A stretch of 64,000 nucleotides of DNA from an uncultured delta proteobacterium (GCA_963848135.1 CAWKCK010000005.1:1-64000); one strand, 5' to 3'. Counted from the stretch's first letter, positions 1-10,932 are shown. The notes: generated by a model from the sequence alone, not told the origin. Numbers and translations: made by a program.

Positions 1-69
1 TTTATCGAGGCCCTCTTATTACGAATATGGATAGCCATATCCTATTTGCAAAACACACTTTCCCTTCAA

Positions 70-1839
70 TTATTCTTCTTCACCCAACCGCATAATAGTG
101 TCAATTTCATCGACGATCGAGCGGTTGAGCAACTCCAACCCGCTAAAATCGGCATTACTGATAAGTTGTTTGAATGCACTGTTGAGTAAATTGCGGCTGC
201 TGGCAAATCGCACGATGACTTGAAAGAGGACAAAAGAGAGCAGCCAAACCATAACAATACTGACGCCCGCATGCAGAAAGTACCCTGATGGCAGCGTTTT
301 CTGAAGCAGAAAACTCGTTACGCTTTTGTACGTAAAGAGCGCCATGACCGCCAGTGAGGGCAAGTTGAACAAAAACTGAAGTAAAAAGCCCGAAACCGCT
401 GTCACCCTTCGTTCCATAACCGACGCCAATGTCGATTTCCAGACGGACGACAACCGTTCCAACAGTTCTTTTTCCTCCGGCATTGCGGCGACGATACTAC
501 GCACCCGGTTGTCGAACCCCAAGCGGGTCAGCTTTGCGGCGATATCGGGCCAAGCCTGCTGGATTGTGTAGCGGTATTTGAGCATTGCCGGTGCCATATC
601 ACCGCCGGTCGTGGCCTCTTCGACCGCACTGCGGGTTTTACGGTACCGCACGAGAGATGAAAGCAGCCCCCAGATCTGCAAGAGTGGGTTTCCAAAACGC
701 AGGGTGGCCACCATGCCAGCTCCAGCCATAAGAAACCGGGCCCACAGGGCCACAAGCCACCCGATCGGTCCCCACCAGCGGCCAGCGAGATTCTGGTAAA
801 AAAGGGCCTGAATACCGGTCAGCATTTCAGTTCCGGTTTCTTTGAGAGTTGTCGTCGCCGCCAGCGTTGCCCGGTGCTCCAGTTCGACAATATTCTGCCT
901 GGCCGCCACCAATCCTTCTCCCATGCCGGCAACACTCTGGTGGGCGGATCTGCGGACCAGGTTGACAAGGTGCTCTGCCCGTTGCATGCGCGCATCGACA
1001 AAGCGACCACCGCGTGAAAGGTTGCCCAGGATCAGCTCGCGCAGTTGCGGATACTGATCGTATGCGTGCAGGGGACTTTCCCCTTCCGGCCACTGCGGGT
1101 CTTTGAGGTGGCTACGGGCGCTGGTACAGAAGATGCTGTCAACGGGTCTGCGCCAAGAGGCTTCAAGATGTTCCTTTAGATCCGGCAGGATTGTGTCCGT
1201 CAACTCATCTTGCGGCAGACGGTCGCAGCGGTTAAGCACCACGTAGAGCGAAGTGCCGGGAAACAGATCGACGAATGGTTTCAGGAAAACGATCGTGTCC
1301 CGGCGCTTCGGATTTTCGGCATTCAGCACACATACCAATACGTCGGTCAACGCAATCGTTTTCTCGAGTATGGGATGAAACACTTCACTTTCAGTGCTAT
1401 CCATATCAGGCGTGTCGATCAGGATGACCTGGTCCAGGCCTTCGGCGGCCGGATGCGGGAACACCTTTACGGTATCCGGCCCGAGATCATTGAGCAATAA
1501 ATCGGCATCTCCCCGTGTCTGGCAGAAAACGACCACCTCTCGCGTTGTCGGGCGATCATCGCCGGCCCTGGAAAGCCGGTCGTTACCCGATAGAGCGTTC
1601 AGCAGGGTCGATTTTCCCGCGCCGCTGGGTCCAATCAAAGTGACCACAAGTTTACGGTCCAGCCTTTCGGTCAACTTATCTAATAGGTCGGTGGCGGCAC
1701 GACACTCCGACTGCAGTGCATGCGCCGGGCGCCATCGTGACGCTGCACCCGCTTGCTCCTGAATCCTTAGAATGGCCTCCCGGAAGATCGACATCTGCCT
1801 GCGGGCCTTTAGCTGGTTCTCGTCGAAAGAATTATTCAC
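70..1839 (-). CDS. Dynamin-like/Era-type GTPase domain protein with C-terminal hydrophobic helices
   Basis: G1 GPSGAGKS, G2 RPTT, G3 DTPD, G4 NRCD; hydrophobic segments in the C-terminal half. Confidence 0.8.
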   Translation of the reverse strand: MNNSFDENQLKARRQMSIFREAILRIQEQAGAASRWRPAHALQSECRAATDLLDKLTERLDRKLVVTLIGPSGAGKSTLLNALSGNDRLSRAGDDRPTTREVVVFCQTRGDADLLLNDLGPDTVKVFPHPAAEGLDQVILIDTPDMDSTESEVFHPILEKTIALTDVLVCVLNAENPKRRDTIVFLKPFVDLFPGTSLYVVLNRCDRLPQDELTDTILPDLKEHLEASWRRPVDSIFCTSARSHLKDPQWPEGESPLHAYDQYPQLRELILGNLSRGGRFVDARMQRAEHLVNLVRRSAHQSVAGMGEGLVAARQNIVELEHRATLAATTTLKETGTEMLTGIQALFYQNLAGRWWGPIGWLVALWARFLMAGAGMVATLRFGNPLLQIWGLLSSLVRYRKTRSAVEEATTGGDMAPAMLKYRYTIQQAWPDIAAKLTRLGFDNRVRSIVAAMPEEKELLERLSSVWKSTLASVMERRVTAVSGFLLQFLFNLPSLAVMALFTYKSVTSFLLQKTLPSGYFLHAGVSIVMVWLLSFVLFQVIVRFASSRNLLNSAFKQLISNADFSGLELLNRSIVDEIDTIMRLGEEE

Positions 1840-1966
1840 TCGTCACCTCATCCGCAAATCTCGTCTTGATTGTTTCCACGCGTGTGACCTCATGCTGGTT
1901 GCATTCTCTCCCCGAGCAACCTGAGCATGGCGTAATCTCTTCACCAAGAACGGGGGAAGAGAGAAA

Positions 1967-3928
1967 TCAGCTGATCGAAGCCAACGTTTCTTCGACCGCA
2001 AGGGTAAGTTTAGCGGCATCTGCCGCCGTATTCTCCATCTGACGGATCACTTCTCCGGCAATCGTCTCTTCGAACACCTGTTTGACAATATGGGCCCGGT
2101 TTTCGATCCACCGCTTGACCACCGGTTCCAACATGTCGGATAGATCCTTACGACCGGTCTCATCGATTCCGGCTGAAGCCGGAATCGTAACCAGGGCCCA
2201 CAGGTCGTGCATCCCGAACAATCCATGCAGTTTGGCGTAAATACCGCTGCCGCCCACCGGGTCGCCGGTGGTAAGAATGTAGGCGATACCGAGAGTTGCC
2301 GGCAGAACATTCAGTGAAGCGAAAAAAGATTCCCGGGTTTTTTGCAGGAAATTCATCCGTCGGCGAAATTCGCCGACCAGATTAATCAATTCCTGGTTCA
2401 GCGCTGTATCCTCCGATATGTCCAGTACATCTTTAGCGGCAGCAATGACCCGTTGAGCGGTATCCGTCCAGGGTCGCCGGTCAAGATCATGACGAATTTT
2501 TTTTGAACATACCGGAGCGGCAGCATGAACAGTGACCGTACCGGTTGCAGAGGCGATGTGGCGGGAGGGAAGTTCCTTTTCGCTCAGATCGCGCTGAAGG
2601 CGAATGCGGTCGACGAGAGTGATCAAGCGCACTCCTATCGCATCCTTTGCAATGGTCTCGACGATGATCTCTTCCGCTAAAAGACTGTCCCGCAGTTCTG
2701 CAGCCGAACCCAGAAGATCGGACTTTATCCGCTCAAGAGGGTCAACCGTTCCGGCAGTTCCGCTTTTTTCGCCGGCATCGCCGTCCACCGACGGCTTCAC
2801 GAGGGAAAGGATAATCCTGGCCGGTTTGCCGATCAAATTGCCAACACCGCGAAAAAACTTCAAGTGTGGTGGACTCGTCTCGAGCCAGATGTCATTCAAC
2901 CGTCGCATGATGCTTTTGAGTGGGAACGACACCAGCGATTGCTGCACAGCGCGTCCAAGGGTCAAATGCAATGCGCCAGTATAGAGGTCGATTTCATCCC
3001 GAACGGTTTTTGATTCCGTGACAACCTGGCCGACGTGCTGGACGAAGGCTTCCAGCATTGTCTGAATCTGCCGTTCCCTGATCTGCCGCGGATCCAGATC
3101 TGCGAGCAAGTTCATAATATCTGGTTCCCCGGCCGGCACCGGCCGTAGACGCATGAGCGCTTCCCCCGCAGCCACCGCATCACTGGTGTCGGTCCGGTAG
3201 CAACCGATGAGATAATCGCCTCTTGCCGCACCATACAGGTTGGTGGCCGTCGTTTCGAGATGGGCTCGAACTTGCTGGTCGTCGAGGGTGCGGGAACAGT
3301 TGTAGACCAGAATGCAACGGCGCATGCCCGCCTCGGTCAGGATGTGACGCATGAATCGGGTGTTCTCAAGGTTGTTGTAGGTGGTGTTGGTAACGATATA
3401 AATAAGTACATTACAGGCCTCGAGCACCTCCCGGGCTACATCCCGATTGACGAAACGATCGTCCGATCCGGTATCGAAGTCAGGCGTGTCCATCAGTATC
3501 TGACCCTTGGGGGTATCTTCATGAACGGTCACCAACGGCGGGCCGGGAGTCATCAGGTCCATTGGATCCTGCACTGGAGAGGGCGTCTGCCCGAAGGGGT
3601 CGAATAGGTTGGAAAGGATACTTTTATGCTCGATCATTTGGGGATTAATAGCAATCAGTACCCGCCGGGTGCTGCCCGCATTTCCGCGCACCGGTGAGAC
3701 CCTCTCATTCAGCAGGGAATTGAAGAGTGTCGACTTGCCCGCGTTGGCCCCACCGCAGATGGCCACCATCAGGGGCAGGTTTGGGTCGACCAAGGGTAAC
3801 AGACGTGCATCGAGATTCTTCCAAACCTCGCCTGAAACCGCATCCTCGATGTGGAGCATGTCCACCAGAGCGGGCACAATTTCCCGCAAGCGAAACAGTG
3901 GTTTTCTGTATTGGTCAAATGAGGTCAT
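1967..3928 (-). CDS. Dynamin-like GTPase domain protein (partner of the adjacent GTPase)
   Basis: G1 GGANAGKS, G3 DTPDFD; ORF is open to 3988, ATG at 3928 chosen as the likelier start. Confidence 0.75.
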   Translation of the reverse strand: MTSFDQYRKPLFRLREIVPALVDMLHIEDAVSGEVWKNLDARLLPLVDPNLPLMVAICGGANAGKSTLFNSLLNERVSPVRGNAGSTRRVLIAINPQMIEHKSILSNLFDPFGQTPSPVQDPMDLMTPGPPLVTVHEDTPKGQILMDTPDFDTGSDDRFVNRDVAREVLEACNVLIYIVTNTTYNNLENTRFMRHILTEAGMRRCILVYNCSRTLDDQQVRAHLETTATNLYGAARGDYLIGCYRTDTSDAVAAGEALMRLRPVPAGEPDIMNLLADLDPRQIRERQIQTMLEAFVQHVGQVVTESKTVRDEIDLYTGALHLTLGRAVQQSLVSFPLKSIMRRLNDIWLETSPPHLKFFRGVGNLIGKPARIILSLVKPSVDGDAGEKSGTAGTVDPLERIKSDLLGSAAELRDSLLAEEIIVETIAKDAIGVRLITLVDRIRLQRDLSEKELPSRHIASATGTVTVHAAAPVCSKKIRHDLDRRPWTDTAQRVIAAAKDVLDISEDTALNQELINLVGEFRRRMNFLQKTRESFFASLNVLPATLGIAYILTTGDPVGGSGIYAKLHGLFGMHDLWALVTIPASAGIDETGRKDLSDMLEPVVKRWIENRAHIVKQVFEETIAGEVIRQMENTAADAAKLTLAVEETLASIS

Positions 3929-4157
3929 GGGGCCCAATTCGTTGAATACCCTAATCAAGCAGTCAGAAATCCTTGCGCACGGAGGCAATGCTACCGCCTA
4001 AACGAGTGGCAGCATTTCAATTGTATTTCAGCTTTGATCTATCCTGCTTATTTAACAAACGGCAATTAACATCATCTCGTGCCGATTTCATGTTTACTTT
4101 CAGATCGGCGTATGGTCGATTTGATTATGTTGCCGTGAAGTTAAGCACTCATTGCCC

Positions 4158-5309
4158 TCAGACAATACCTTTATCTACCATAGCGTCAATCTCAATTGTT
4201 GAATACCCCAGTTCCGATAATATGTCACGCGTGTTCTCCCCGAAACCCGGTGCCGGGGTGCGGAGGCTTCCGGGGGTATCGCTCAGCTTGATCGGTGTCC
4301 CCAGAAGAGAGGTTTGGCCCCCTTGCCCGTCACTCAGATCGACGACCATCTCGCGTTCGCGGAAGTGTCTCGCCTGCAAAACTTCTTCCAGCGTTTTTAC
4401 CGGTGCCCAACAGGCATCGACATCCGCAAGAAGTTCTTCCCATTGCGCCAGAGTTTTTGTCTTGATAGTGCGCCGCATGAAACGTATTATTTCTTCCCTT
4501 CGATGGTCGTCGTACTGAAGAGTGGAATACTTCCGGGCACCGAAAAGATCACAGATTCGCTGCCAGAATTTACTCTCAACCGCGCCGATGCTCAGAAAAC
4601 GCCCGTCCCGAGTCTCGTAAGTGTTGTAGCAGGCATAGCGATGCGAGAAACGCATGTCGGCTCGCCGGGGCGCAGTACCGTCGAGCTGTTGGAAATGCAG
4701 CACGAGGGAAAGCAGACTGACAGACCCGTCGGTCATGGAGATATCGACGTACTGCCCCTGGCCGGTTTTCTCACGGGATAACAGTGCCAGCAATATGCCG
4801 GCCACTGCATTTAGTCCCCCTCCGGCCATGTCGGCAACTTGTATGCCCGGGATGGTGGGCGGGCGGTCAGGCTCTCCAATCAACTCGAGTACGCCGGAAT
4901 GCGCCAGATAATTGACGTCGTGCCCGGCCTTGTCTCTCAGCGGTCCGGTTTGTCCGTAACCACTGACGGCACAATAAACGATTCCGGGGTTGAAACCTCG
5001 TATTGTTTCGTAGTCCACGCCAAGCCGCTGCACGACCCCTGGACGAAATCCTTCCAGAACCACATCCGCCATCTGCGCCAACCGGTAAAAAATGGATCGA
5101 CCTTCGGCAGTCTTCAGGTTGAGAGTCATGTGCTGCTTGTTGCGATTGACCGTCGCCAGAAGGAAATCATCGGTTTTATAACGCCGGTCTTCAATCGCAA
5201 TCACCCGCGCGCCGTGATCGGCAAGAATCATGGAGCAATAGGGCCCGGGAAGCAGGCGGGAAAGATCGAGGACAGTTATGCCGGATAATGCGCCGCGGTT
5301 TGGCTGCAT
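4158..5309 (-). CDS. CaiB/BaiF family (class III) CoA-transferase
   Basis: VLDLSRLLPGP, NRNK, EGFRPGV, GHDVNY motifs; GAGG upstream of ATG 5309. Confidence 0.92.
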   Translation of the reverse strand: MQPNRGALSGITVLDLSRLLPGPYCSMILADHGARVIAIEDRRYKTDDFLLATVNRNKQHMTLNLKTAEGRSIFYRLAQMADVVLEGFRPGVVQRLGVDYETIRGFNPGIVYCAVSGYGQTGPLRDKAGHDVNYLAHSGVLELIGEPDRPPTIPGIQVADMAGGGLNAVAGILLALLSREKTGQGQYVDISMTDGSVSLLSLVLHFQQLDGTAPRRADMRFSHRYACYNTYETRDGRFLSIGAVESKFWQRICDLFGARKYSTLQYDDHRREEIIRFMRRTIKTKTLAQWEELLADVDACWAPVKTLEEVLQARHFREREMVVDLSDGQGGQTSLLGTPIKLSDTPGSLRTPAPGFGENTRDILSELGYSTIEIDAMVDKGIV

Positions 5310-5394
5310 GTTAACCTCTATCATATTAAATATGGAGGCAAGGCTTGACACCACGTTCTTGGAGACGGCTGCGGGTCCTTAACGCCCGCACCGG

Positions 5395-6201
5395 TCACTT
5401 CCCCTTGAAGCGCGGTTTGCGTTTTTCACTAAAAGCGCTGATCGCCTCGAACAAGTCTTCCGAGTGAAGCAGGGCGGCATTCTTCTGGGCGGTATAGCGT
5501 AAACCGGCATCGATGCTGACATCACGGCTGTAGTTGATCACATCCTTGACCCCTTGAACGGTCAACGGCGGATTGTCCGCGATTTGACGTGCCAGTGCTT
5601 CGGCTTCATCGTATAGATGCGTTCGCCCATCGCACACCCTGGTGACGAGCCCCATAGCATACGCCTCAGGAGCAGCAAAATCCCGTCCGGTGAGCGCCAA
5701 TTCCCGGCAGTGGCCGTCCCCGATGATCCGCGGTAACCGTTGCAAGGTCCCCAGATCGGCGACTATCCCCATGCGGGTCTCCCGGATGCTGAACAGAGAT
5801 GATTTCTCCGCCAAACGGATATCGCAAGCGCAGACCATATCAACCCCTCCGCCGATGCAGTATCCGTGAACGGCCGCGATGACCGGTTTGCAGCAATCTT
5901 CAATCGCTTGAATGCCCTCTTGAAGCTCCCGGACTTTTCGCCACAGGCCCTCACGATCATCCGCTGCGCCGCCTCCAATAATTGACGTGGCCGCCGCCAG
6001 GTCGGTGCCGGCCGTGAAATTTCTCCCGGCGGCCTTAATGATCACCACCCGCGTACCCGGGTCGGTGGCGAAGTGCTTGAAATGTAGCGTCAAACCTTTA
6101 AAGAAATCAAAATCCATTGCGTTGTGTTTTTTCGGCCGGTTGATGGTCAGCCATGCAATGTCATCTTTATTTTCGACAAGAAAAAAATCGCCTTGTGCCA
6201 T
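5395..6201 (-). CDS. Enoyl-CoA hydratase/isomerase (crotonase) family
   Basis: FTAGTDL, KPVIAAVHGYCIGGG, ADLGTLQRLP. Confidence 0.92.
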   Translation of the reverse strand: MAQGDFFLVENKDDIAWLTINRPKKHNAMDFDFFKGLTLHFKHFATDPGTRVVIIKAAGRNFTAGTDLAAATSIIGGGAADDREGLWRKVRELQEGIQAIEDCCKPVIAAVHGYCIGGGVDMVCACDIRLAEKSSLFSIRETRMGIVADLGTLQRLPRIIGDGHCRELALTGRDFAAPEAYAMGLVTRVCDGRTHLYDEAEALARQIADNPPLTVQGVKDVINYSRDVSIDAGLRYTAQKNAALLHSEDLFEAISAFSEKRKPRFKGK

Positions 6202-6438
6202 GTTTCCTCTCCATACGAAAAATGTAAGGCTCCCTCCAAAACCGAACCGATGTGACCTGTTATTGATTCACACGGCTGCCAGCATCGCCAAAAATCCGCT
6301 TAGAAGCAATATAGATGGGCTCGTTGACAGTGTCAAACAAAGTCCATCCATGCATGATTCGGGTTTTGACTTCCTCAATCGGTTCGATTATGGTGCAAAG
6401 TTCTGAACTTGAGAATATCACAAAAAGGAGGCTGAAAA

Positions 6439-7365
6439 GTGCAGAAGAATCAGGCTCATACAGACCCTGCACCACGCGAGTCTTTGACCGGTGTTGCCTG
6501 CGCCGTCAGTGCTTTTCTGATCTGGGGGCTGAGTCCGATTTACTTCAAGGCCTTGCGCACGGTACCCCCCTTTGAAATCCTGATGCACCGCATGGTATGG
6601 TCCTTTTTGTTCCTTCTGCCACTGGTTGTGTTTACCAGGCGTCGCAAGGAATTCAAAACGGCGCTCACCTCCCGTCGAACCATCCTGATCCTACTGGCGA
6701 CAACGCTATTGGTTTCCGGCAACTGGTTCGTTTTCATCTGGGCCATCAACAACGACCTGATCCTTCAGACCAGCCTGGGGTATTACATCAACCCATTGAT
6801 CAATGTGGTTCTGGGATTGGTGTTTCTGAAAGAACGGCTGCGCCCGGCCCAGATTGTGGCGGTCAGTCTGGCGACCATCGGTGTCCTCTACCTGACCATT
6901 GAAATCGGTCGCCCCCCCTGGATCTCACTGTTTCTGGCGTTCTCTTTCGGATTTTACGGCCTCATACGCAAAGTGGCGGCAGTCAATGCCCTGGTGGGAC
7001 TGACTATTGAAACACTACTGCTGTCAATTCCGGCGGTGATCTATCTCATTTACACGTATGTGCAGGGCGGCGGTGCGTTTCTCCGCGGTGACACACGGAT
7101 CGATCTTCTGCTTCTCGCGGCCGCTCTGTTTACGGCCCTGCCCCTGCTGCTGTTTACGGTCGGGGCCCGCCAGATTCACTTTTCGACAATTGGGATCCTG
7201 CAATACATCGCGCCGAGCTGTACGTTTCTTTTGGCTGTCCTTGCTTACGGTGAGCCGTTTCGTTCAGCCCAGCTGCTGACCTTCCTGCTGATATGGTCCG
7301 CCCTTCTCATTTATACCATCGACTCGTTCGTTTACTATCGGCAGTACCGGGCAAAGTCGAATTGA
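6439..7365 (+). CDS. rarD: EamA/DMT transporter RarD
   Basis: IWGLSPIYFK, SLGYYINPL, GILQYIAP motifs; about 10 TM helices. Confidence 0.88.
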   Translation: MQKNQAHTDPAPRESLTGVACAVSAFLIWGLSPIYFKALRTVPPFEILMHRMVWSFLFLLPLVVFTRRRKEFKTALTSRRTILILLATTLLVSGNWFVFIWAINNDLILQTSLGYYINPLINVVLGLVFLKERLRPAQIVAVSLATIGVLYLTIEIGRPPWISLFLAFSFGFYGLIRKVAAVNALVGLTIETLLLSIPAVIYLIYTYVQGGGAFLRGDTRIDLLLLAAALFTALPLLLFTVGARQIHFSTIGILQYIAPSCTFLLAVLAYGEPFRSAQLLTFLLIWSALLIYTIDSFVYYRQYRAKSN

Positions 7366-7447
7366 AAATTTTTCTATCGATTTTCGGGGGTGATTCGTTA
7401 TTTGTGCAAGCTATCCCTGCGCGTGTAAGACCCCTGAATAGCAGCAG

Positions 7448-8257
7448 CTAAGAGCGGTATACCTTCGGGCGGCGGTGGGGTAAAAAGTAGCGCATCCGAT
7501 GCTGCCTTACGCTGTCCAGAAGCGCAGCCTCCAGGTCGGCCAGCAGAAGCCCCTCTCTGTTTGTGACATATTGCTGCACGACGTTACCGTCAGGCCCGAC
7601 AACCACCGCAACACCAGGAAACTCGAGTCCGTATCCGTTAGTCCCCACCTGATTGCAGGCGGCGACATACACGCCGTTGTCGAAGGCGCGTGCCGTCAGA
7701 TGACGCAACCATGAGGCCAGTTTTTCCTTTGCAGTTCCTCTTGGCGAAGCATGCGGAATGACGATCAGGTCGCACCCTTCCAGGGCCATGCGGGTGGAGA
7801 GTTCCGGGAAATGGGCATCATAACACAGCTGTATACCTGCCGTCACTTCCCGAAGAGAATGGAGGGGAACATGGCTGCCCGGGGTGAACAGTGCCTGCTC
7901 CGGTGGTGCTATGTGCAGCTTTCGGTAGACACCTGCCAAACCTTGGGGGGTGACGACCAGGTGCGTGGCAAACACCCGCCCCTGATGATCCGATTCCGCC
8001 AGTCCGGCCAGAATTACCAGCGATAACGCCCGGGCAATCTCGACAAGCTTCTCCGTCTCGGGCCCGGGCACAGGCAGGGCCGTTTGGGCCAGAACCTTGC
8101 CGGATACGTAGCCGGTGACGTTCAACTCCGGAAAACAGATCATCTCCGCGCCCTGCAGGGCCGCCATTTCCGACCATTTGGCGACCTTCTCCAGATTTTC
8201 TTCTATGGATGCCACGGGACAATTGACGACCGCGAGGGCTATACGGATATTGCGCAT
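7448..8257 (-). CDS. Carbon-nitrogen hydrolase (nitrilase family)
   Basis: Triad motifs FPE, YRK, LCYD. Confidence 0.9.
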   Translation of the reverse strand: MRNIRIALAVVNCPVASIEENLEKVAKWSEMAALQGAEMICFPELNVTGYVSGKVLAQTALPVPGPETEKLVEIARALSLVILAGLAESDHQGRVFATHLVVTPQGLAGVYRKLHIAPPEQALFTPGSHVPLHSLREVTAGIQLCYDAHFPELSTRMALEGCDLIVIPHASPRGTAKEKLASWLRHLTARAFDNGVYVAACNQVGTNGYGLEFPGVAVVVGPDGNVVQQYVTNREGLLLADLEAALLDSVRQHRMRYFLPHRRPKVYRS

Positions 8258-8370
8258 GGTAAACCGATACGTTTTGCAGGGGTTGATTTGGCGTTATTCA
8301 CGGATCGAGTGCAACGTCAGCTTTCTTTTGAATCTAAAATTCCCGATGGCAGCCAGCGGAAATTTCAGAT

Positions 8371-8823
8371 TTACAGGTCGAACTTGGCCTTGATCTTGAA
8401 AACCCTGGTTGCCGGCATATTCAGGATTTCGCCAACACCGGTCTGTCGGGAAATCTGCGCGAGGTTGGCCACGATTTCCGCCATGGACGGCGCGATAAAT
8501 GTAAACCAGATATTCACCTCATGGTCGCGCTGATAATTGTGGGTCACACCGTTGTAGCGATTAACCACGGCTGCAAATTGGTCGATGGCGTCCTCGGGGA
8601 CCCTGGCGGCACAGAGGGTGCTGACAAATCCAACTTTTTCGGGTACAAAATTACCGCCGATCCGGCGAATGACATCTTTTTCCTTTAGTTTCCTGATCCG
8701 ATCGATGACGTCGTCCTCGGTCAACCCCAGATCTTCTGCAATCGTCTTGTAGGGCCGCAAAGTAATCGGAAATCGTGTTTGTATCCGATTCAGTATCCGT
8801 CTGTCGGTATCGTCAAGAATCAT
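8371..8823 (-). CDS. ahbA: Siroheme decarboxylase alpha subunit / AsnC-like (AhbA)
   Basis: IQTRFP..RPY, IRRIGG, STLCAA, VTHNYQR..NIWFT, typical of AhbA/NirD; start uncertain (8823 or 8832). Confidence 0.75.
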   Translation of the reverse strand: MILDDTDRRILNRIQTRFPITLRPYKTIAEDLGLTEDDVIDRIRKLKEKDVIRRIGGNFVPEKVGFVSTLCAARVPEDAIDQFAAVVNRYNGVTHNYQRDHEVNIWFTFIAPSMAEIVANLAQISRQTGVGEILNMPATRVFKIKAKFDL

Positions 8824-8845
8824 GAAATCCAAACCTCTTTGTTTT

Positions 8846-9055
8846 TCCCAAATTGAGCGATTTTCAAGTTTGCCGCAAGTACTAGGAAAATGTCGTTCCG
8901 CTATAGTGAACTATGCGGGACGGCATTGGACGCCGTAGATGCGGTGAAATTGGAAATCCTGTAGGGTTTTATATTTTCGAAATTCCGATGGGCAGAATTC
9001 CTTATTTTTATTCTTCATTTTCATATTTCGAAAATATGAAACGCTCAACTTGGGT
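8846..9055 (+). mobile_element. ~210 bp MITE-like element, copy 1 (diverged)
   Basis: Alignable by eye to 62726-62934 and to the reverse complement of 51157-51366; ends CCCAAATTGAGCG / CGCTCAACTTGGG. Confidence 0.75.
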
Positions 9056-9079
9056 TTTAATAGGCATCGAAACCAGAGT

Positions 9080-9478
9080 TCAGCCACCTGACATCAGATT
9101 AACATGCAGCTTCCGCGTCCTGGGTCCGTCGAATTCACAGAAAAATATGCCTTGCCACGTCCCCAATACCAGGCGTCCCTTTTCTACCATGACCAATTCC
9201 GAAGATCCGACCAGCGTGGTTTTGATATGGGCGGCGGAGTTGCCTTCCAGGTGACGGTAGTTTGCGTCCCATGGGACGATCTCGTTCAAGACCTTGAGGA
9301 TGTCGCCTCTGACGCTGGGATCGGCGCTTTCATTGATGGTCACTGCAGCGGTGGTATGCGGGACATAGAGCATGCAAAAACCGGTGTCAAATCCGGTAGA
9401 TGCGACCGCTTCGCGGACCTTTTGGGTGACGTCAATGAATTCTGTTCTGGCGCTGGTATCGACGGTTAAAACGACCAT
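9080..9478 (-). CDS. yjbQ: YjbQ/UPF0047 family protein
   Basis: PHTTAAVTINE, HLEGNSAAHIK, LGTWQGIFFCEFDGPR. Confidence 0.92.
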   Translation of the reverse strand: MVVLTVDTSARTEFIDVTQKVREAVASTGFDTGFCMLYVPHTTAAVTINESADPSVRGDILKVLNEIVPWDANYRHLEGNSAAHIKTTLVGSSELVMVEKGRLVLGTWQGIFFCEFDGPRTRKLHVNLMSGG

Positions 9479-9495
9479 GGCACCTCCTTAATGCA

Positions 9496-9528
9496 GAAAA
9501 GGCCCTGCACGACATGCAGAGCCTTTTC
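9496..9528 (-). terminator. Intrinsic terminator downstream of dsrC
   Basis: GAAAAGGC-C-CTGCA-loop-TGCAG-A-GCCTTTTC hairpin. Confidence 0.65.
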
Positions 9529-9565
9529 CCTTGGAAATCGTCGGGTCTTAATCCTTTGAATCGGA

Positions 9566-9883
9566 TTAGACACAGCCGGTCGGTTTTGGAAGACCAGCCA
9601 TTTTACAGGCTCCCTTACCCGGTCCGGAGGGAAACAGTTCGTAGATATGTTTCAACTTGAAGCCGGTAACTTTGGAAAGAACTCGAACCATCGGGGCAAT
9701 ACCATTCTTTTCATAGTATTCGCGAAGGACCTTGATCACTTTCTGGTGCTCTTCGTTCAGTTCGTCGATACCTTCCTCTTTCTTGACCCACTGGACCCAT
9801 TCTTGACTCCAGTTCGTGTAAGAATCGATGAACCCGTCTTCGTCTACAGAAAAAGATTTCCCCATGAATTCAACTGTTGGCAT
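9566..9883 (-). CDS. dsrC: Dissimilatory sulfite reductase partner DsrC
   Basis: 105 aa; LFPSGPGKGACKMAGLPKPTGCV with both conserved C-terminal Cys. Confidence 0.95.
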   Translation of the reverse strand: MPTVEFMGKSFSVDEDGFIDSYTNWSQEWVQWVKKEEGIDELNEEHQKVIKVLREYYEKNGIAPMVRVLSKVTGFKLKHIYELFPSGPGKGACKMAGLPKPTGCV

Positions 9884-10086
9884 ACAATGACCTCCTTTAA
9901 AAAATTTAATTATCCCTATGGCTTATCGCCAGTCCGCCTGTTGAAATATTTAAAGGTGTTTTATTAACGTATTGCCCCCCCAATGTCAACCTTAAAAAGA
10001 CAGGTTTTCCATTGACCGTGCAACCTCCCGGTAAGAGCAACATATCGAAATTTCCATAAGTAGGAGATCCGGATGCGATTGGATGG

Positions 10087-10932
10087 TCAATACTCTTTGG
10101 GCATATGATTGAGCTGCTCAAGCGTGAATACGGGTCCGTCCTTGCACACGAAATCCTTGCCGATATTGCAGCGACCGCAAATCCCGATACCACACTTCAT
10201 CCGGTTCTCCAGCGACATGATGATATGGTCGTTCGCGTAGCCGAGGGTTTCCAGAACCGGTTGGGTGAACTTTATCATTATCGGGGGGCCGCAAACGATC
10301 GCGTAAATATCGCCATCGGCCGGCGGCGCTTTCTTTTCGGTAATCATCGGCACGAAGCCGGTATTGTATTTCCAGTCCGGGTCATCGGCGGCATCCACGG
10401 TAATGTGCATGTGGATGTCGGAGCGTCTCTCCCACTCTGCCAGTTCATCCCGGTAGAGAAGCATTCCCGGCGTCCGGGCACCGTAAACGACATGTATGTC
10501 TTTGAATTTCGGCCGGTTGTCGGGATCGAGCATGTAGATAATCGAGGACCGAAGGGTCGTAAAGGCGAAGCCACCGCCAACGATCAGAATACTTTTACCT
10601 TCCATGGTCTCCCAGGGATACCAGTTTCCCAGCGGCCCCCGAACCCCCATGATATCGCCCACCTTCATGTTGTGCAGAGCGGAGGAGACCAAACCGACCT
10701 TGTTGACCGTGAAAAGCAGGAAACCCGCTTCAGTGGGTGAAGAGGCAATCCCAATCGGTATTTCACCCTTACCGGCGATGGACAGTTCAGCGAATTGGCC
10801 AGCCTTGTAGTCAAACTTCTTTTGATCCTCAGGATTTACGAAAACCAGTTTGAAGGTTTTCAGGTTCCGGTCTTCGGTTTCGGTGGTGATTTGATCGATG
10901 CGGACCGGATACGGTAAATATGGATTCAGCAC
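10087..10932 (-). CDS. flxA: FlxA, FAD/NAD(P)-binding subunit with 2Fe-2S
   Basis: GQFAEL, RGPLGN, GGG, CGPP, MKCGIGICGRC, CKDGPVF; GTG start after AGAGGAGG. Confidence 0.85.
   Translation of the reverse strand: MLNPYLPYPVRIDQITTETEDRNLKTFKLVFVNPEDQKKFDYKAGQFAELSIAGKGEIPIGIASSPTEAGFLLFTVNKVGLVSSALHNMKVGDIMGVRGPLGNWYPWETMEGKSILIVGGGFAFTTLRSSIIYMLDPDNRPKFKDIHVVYGARTPGMLLYRDELAEWERRSDIHMHITVDAADDPDWKYNTGFVPMITEKKAPPADGDIYAIVCGPPIMIKFTQPVLETLGYANDHIIMSLENRMKCGIGICGRCNIGKDFVCKDGPVFTLEQLNHMPKEY

Noticed and set aside
30..46. GATAG-CCATATC-CTATT resembling the array core
   Set aside because: No right arm, the left arm is cut by the window edge, and it is far from the array; cannot be supported.
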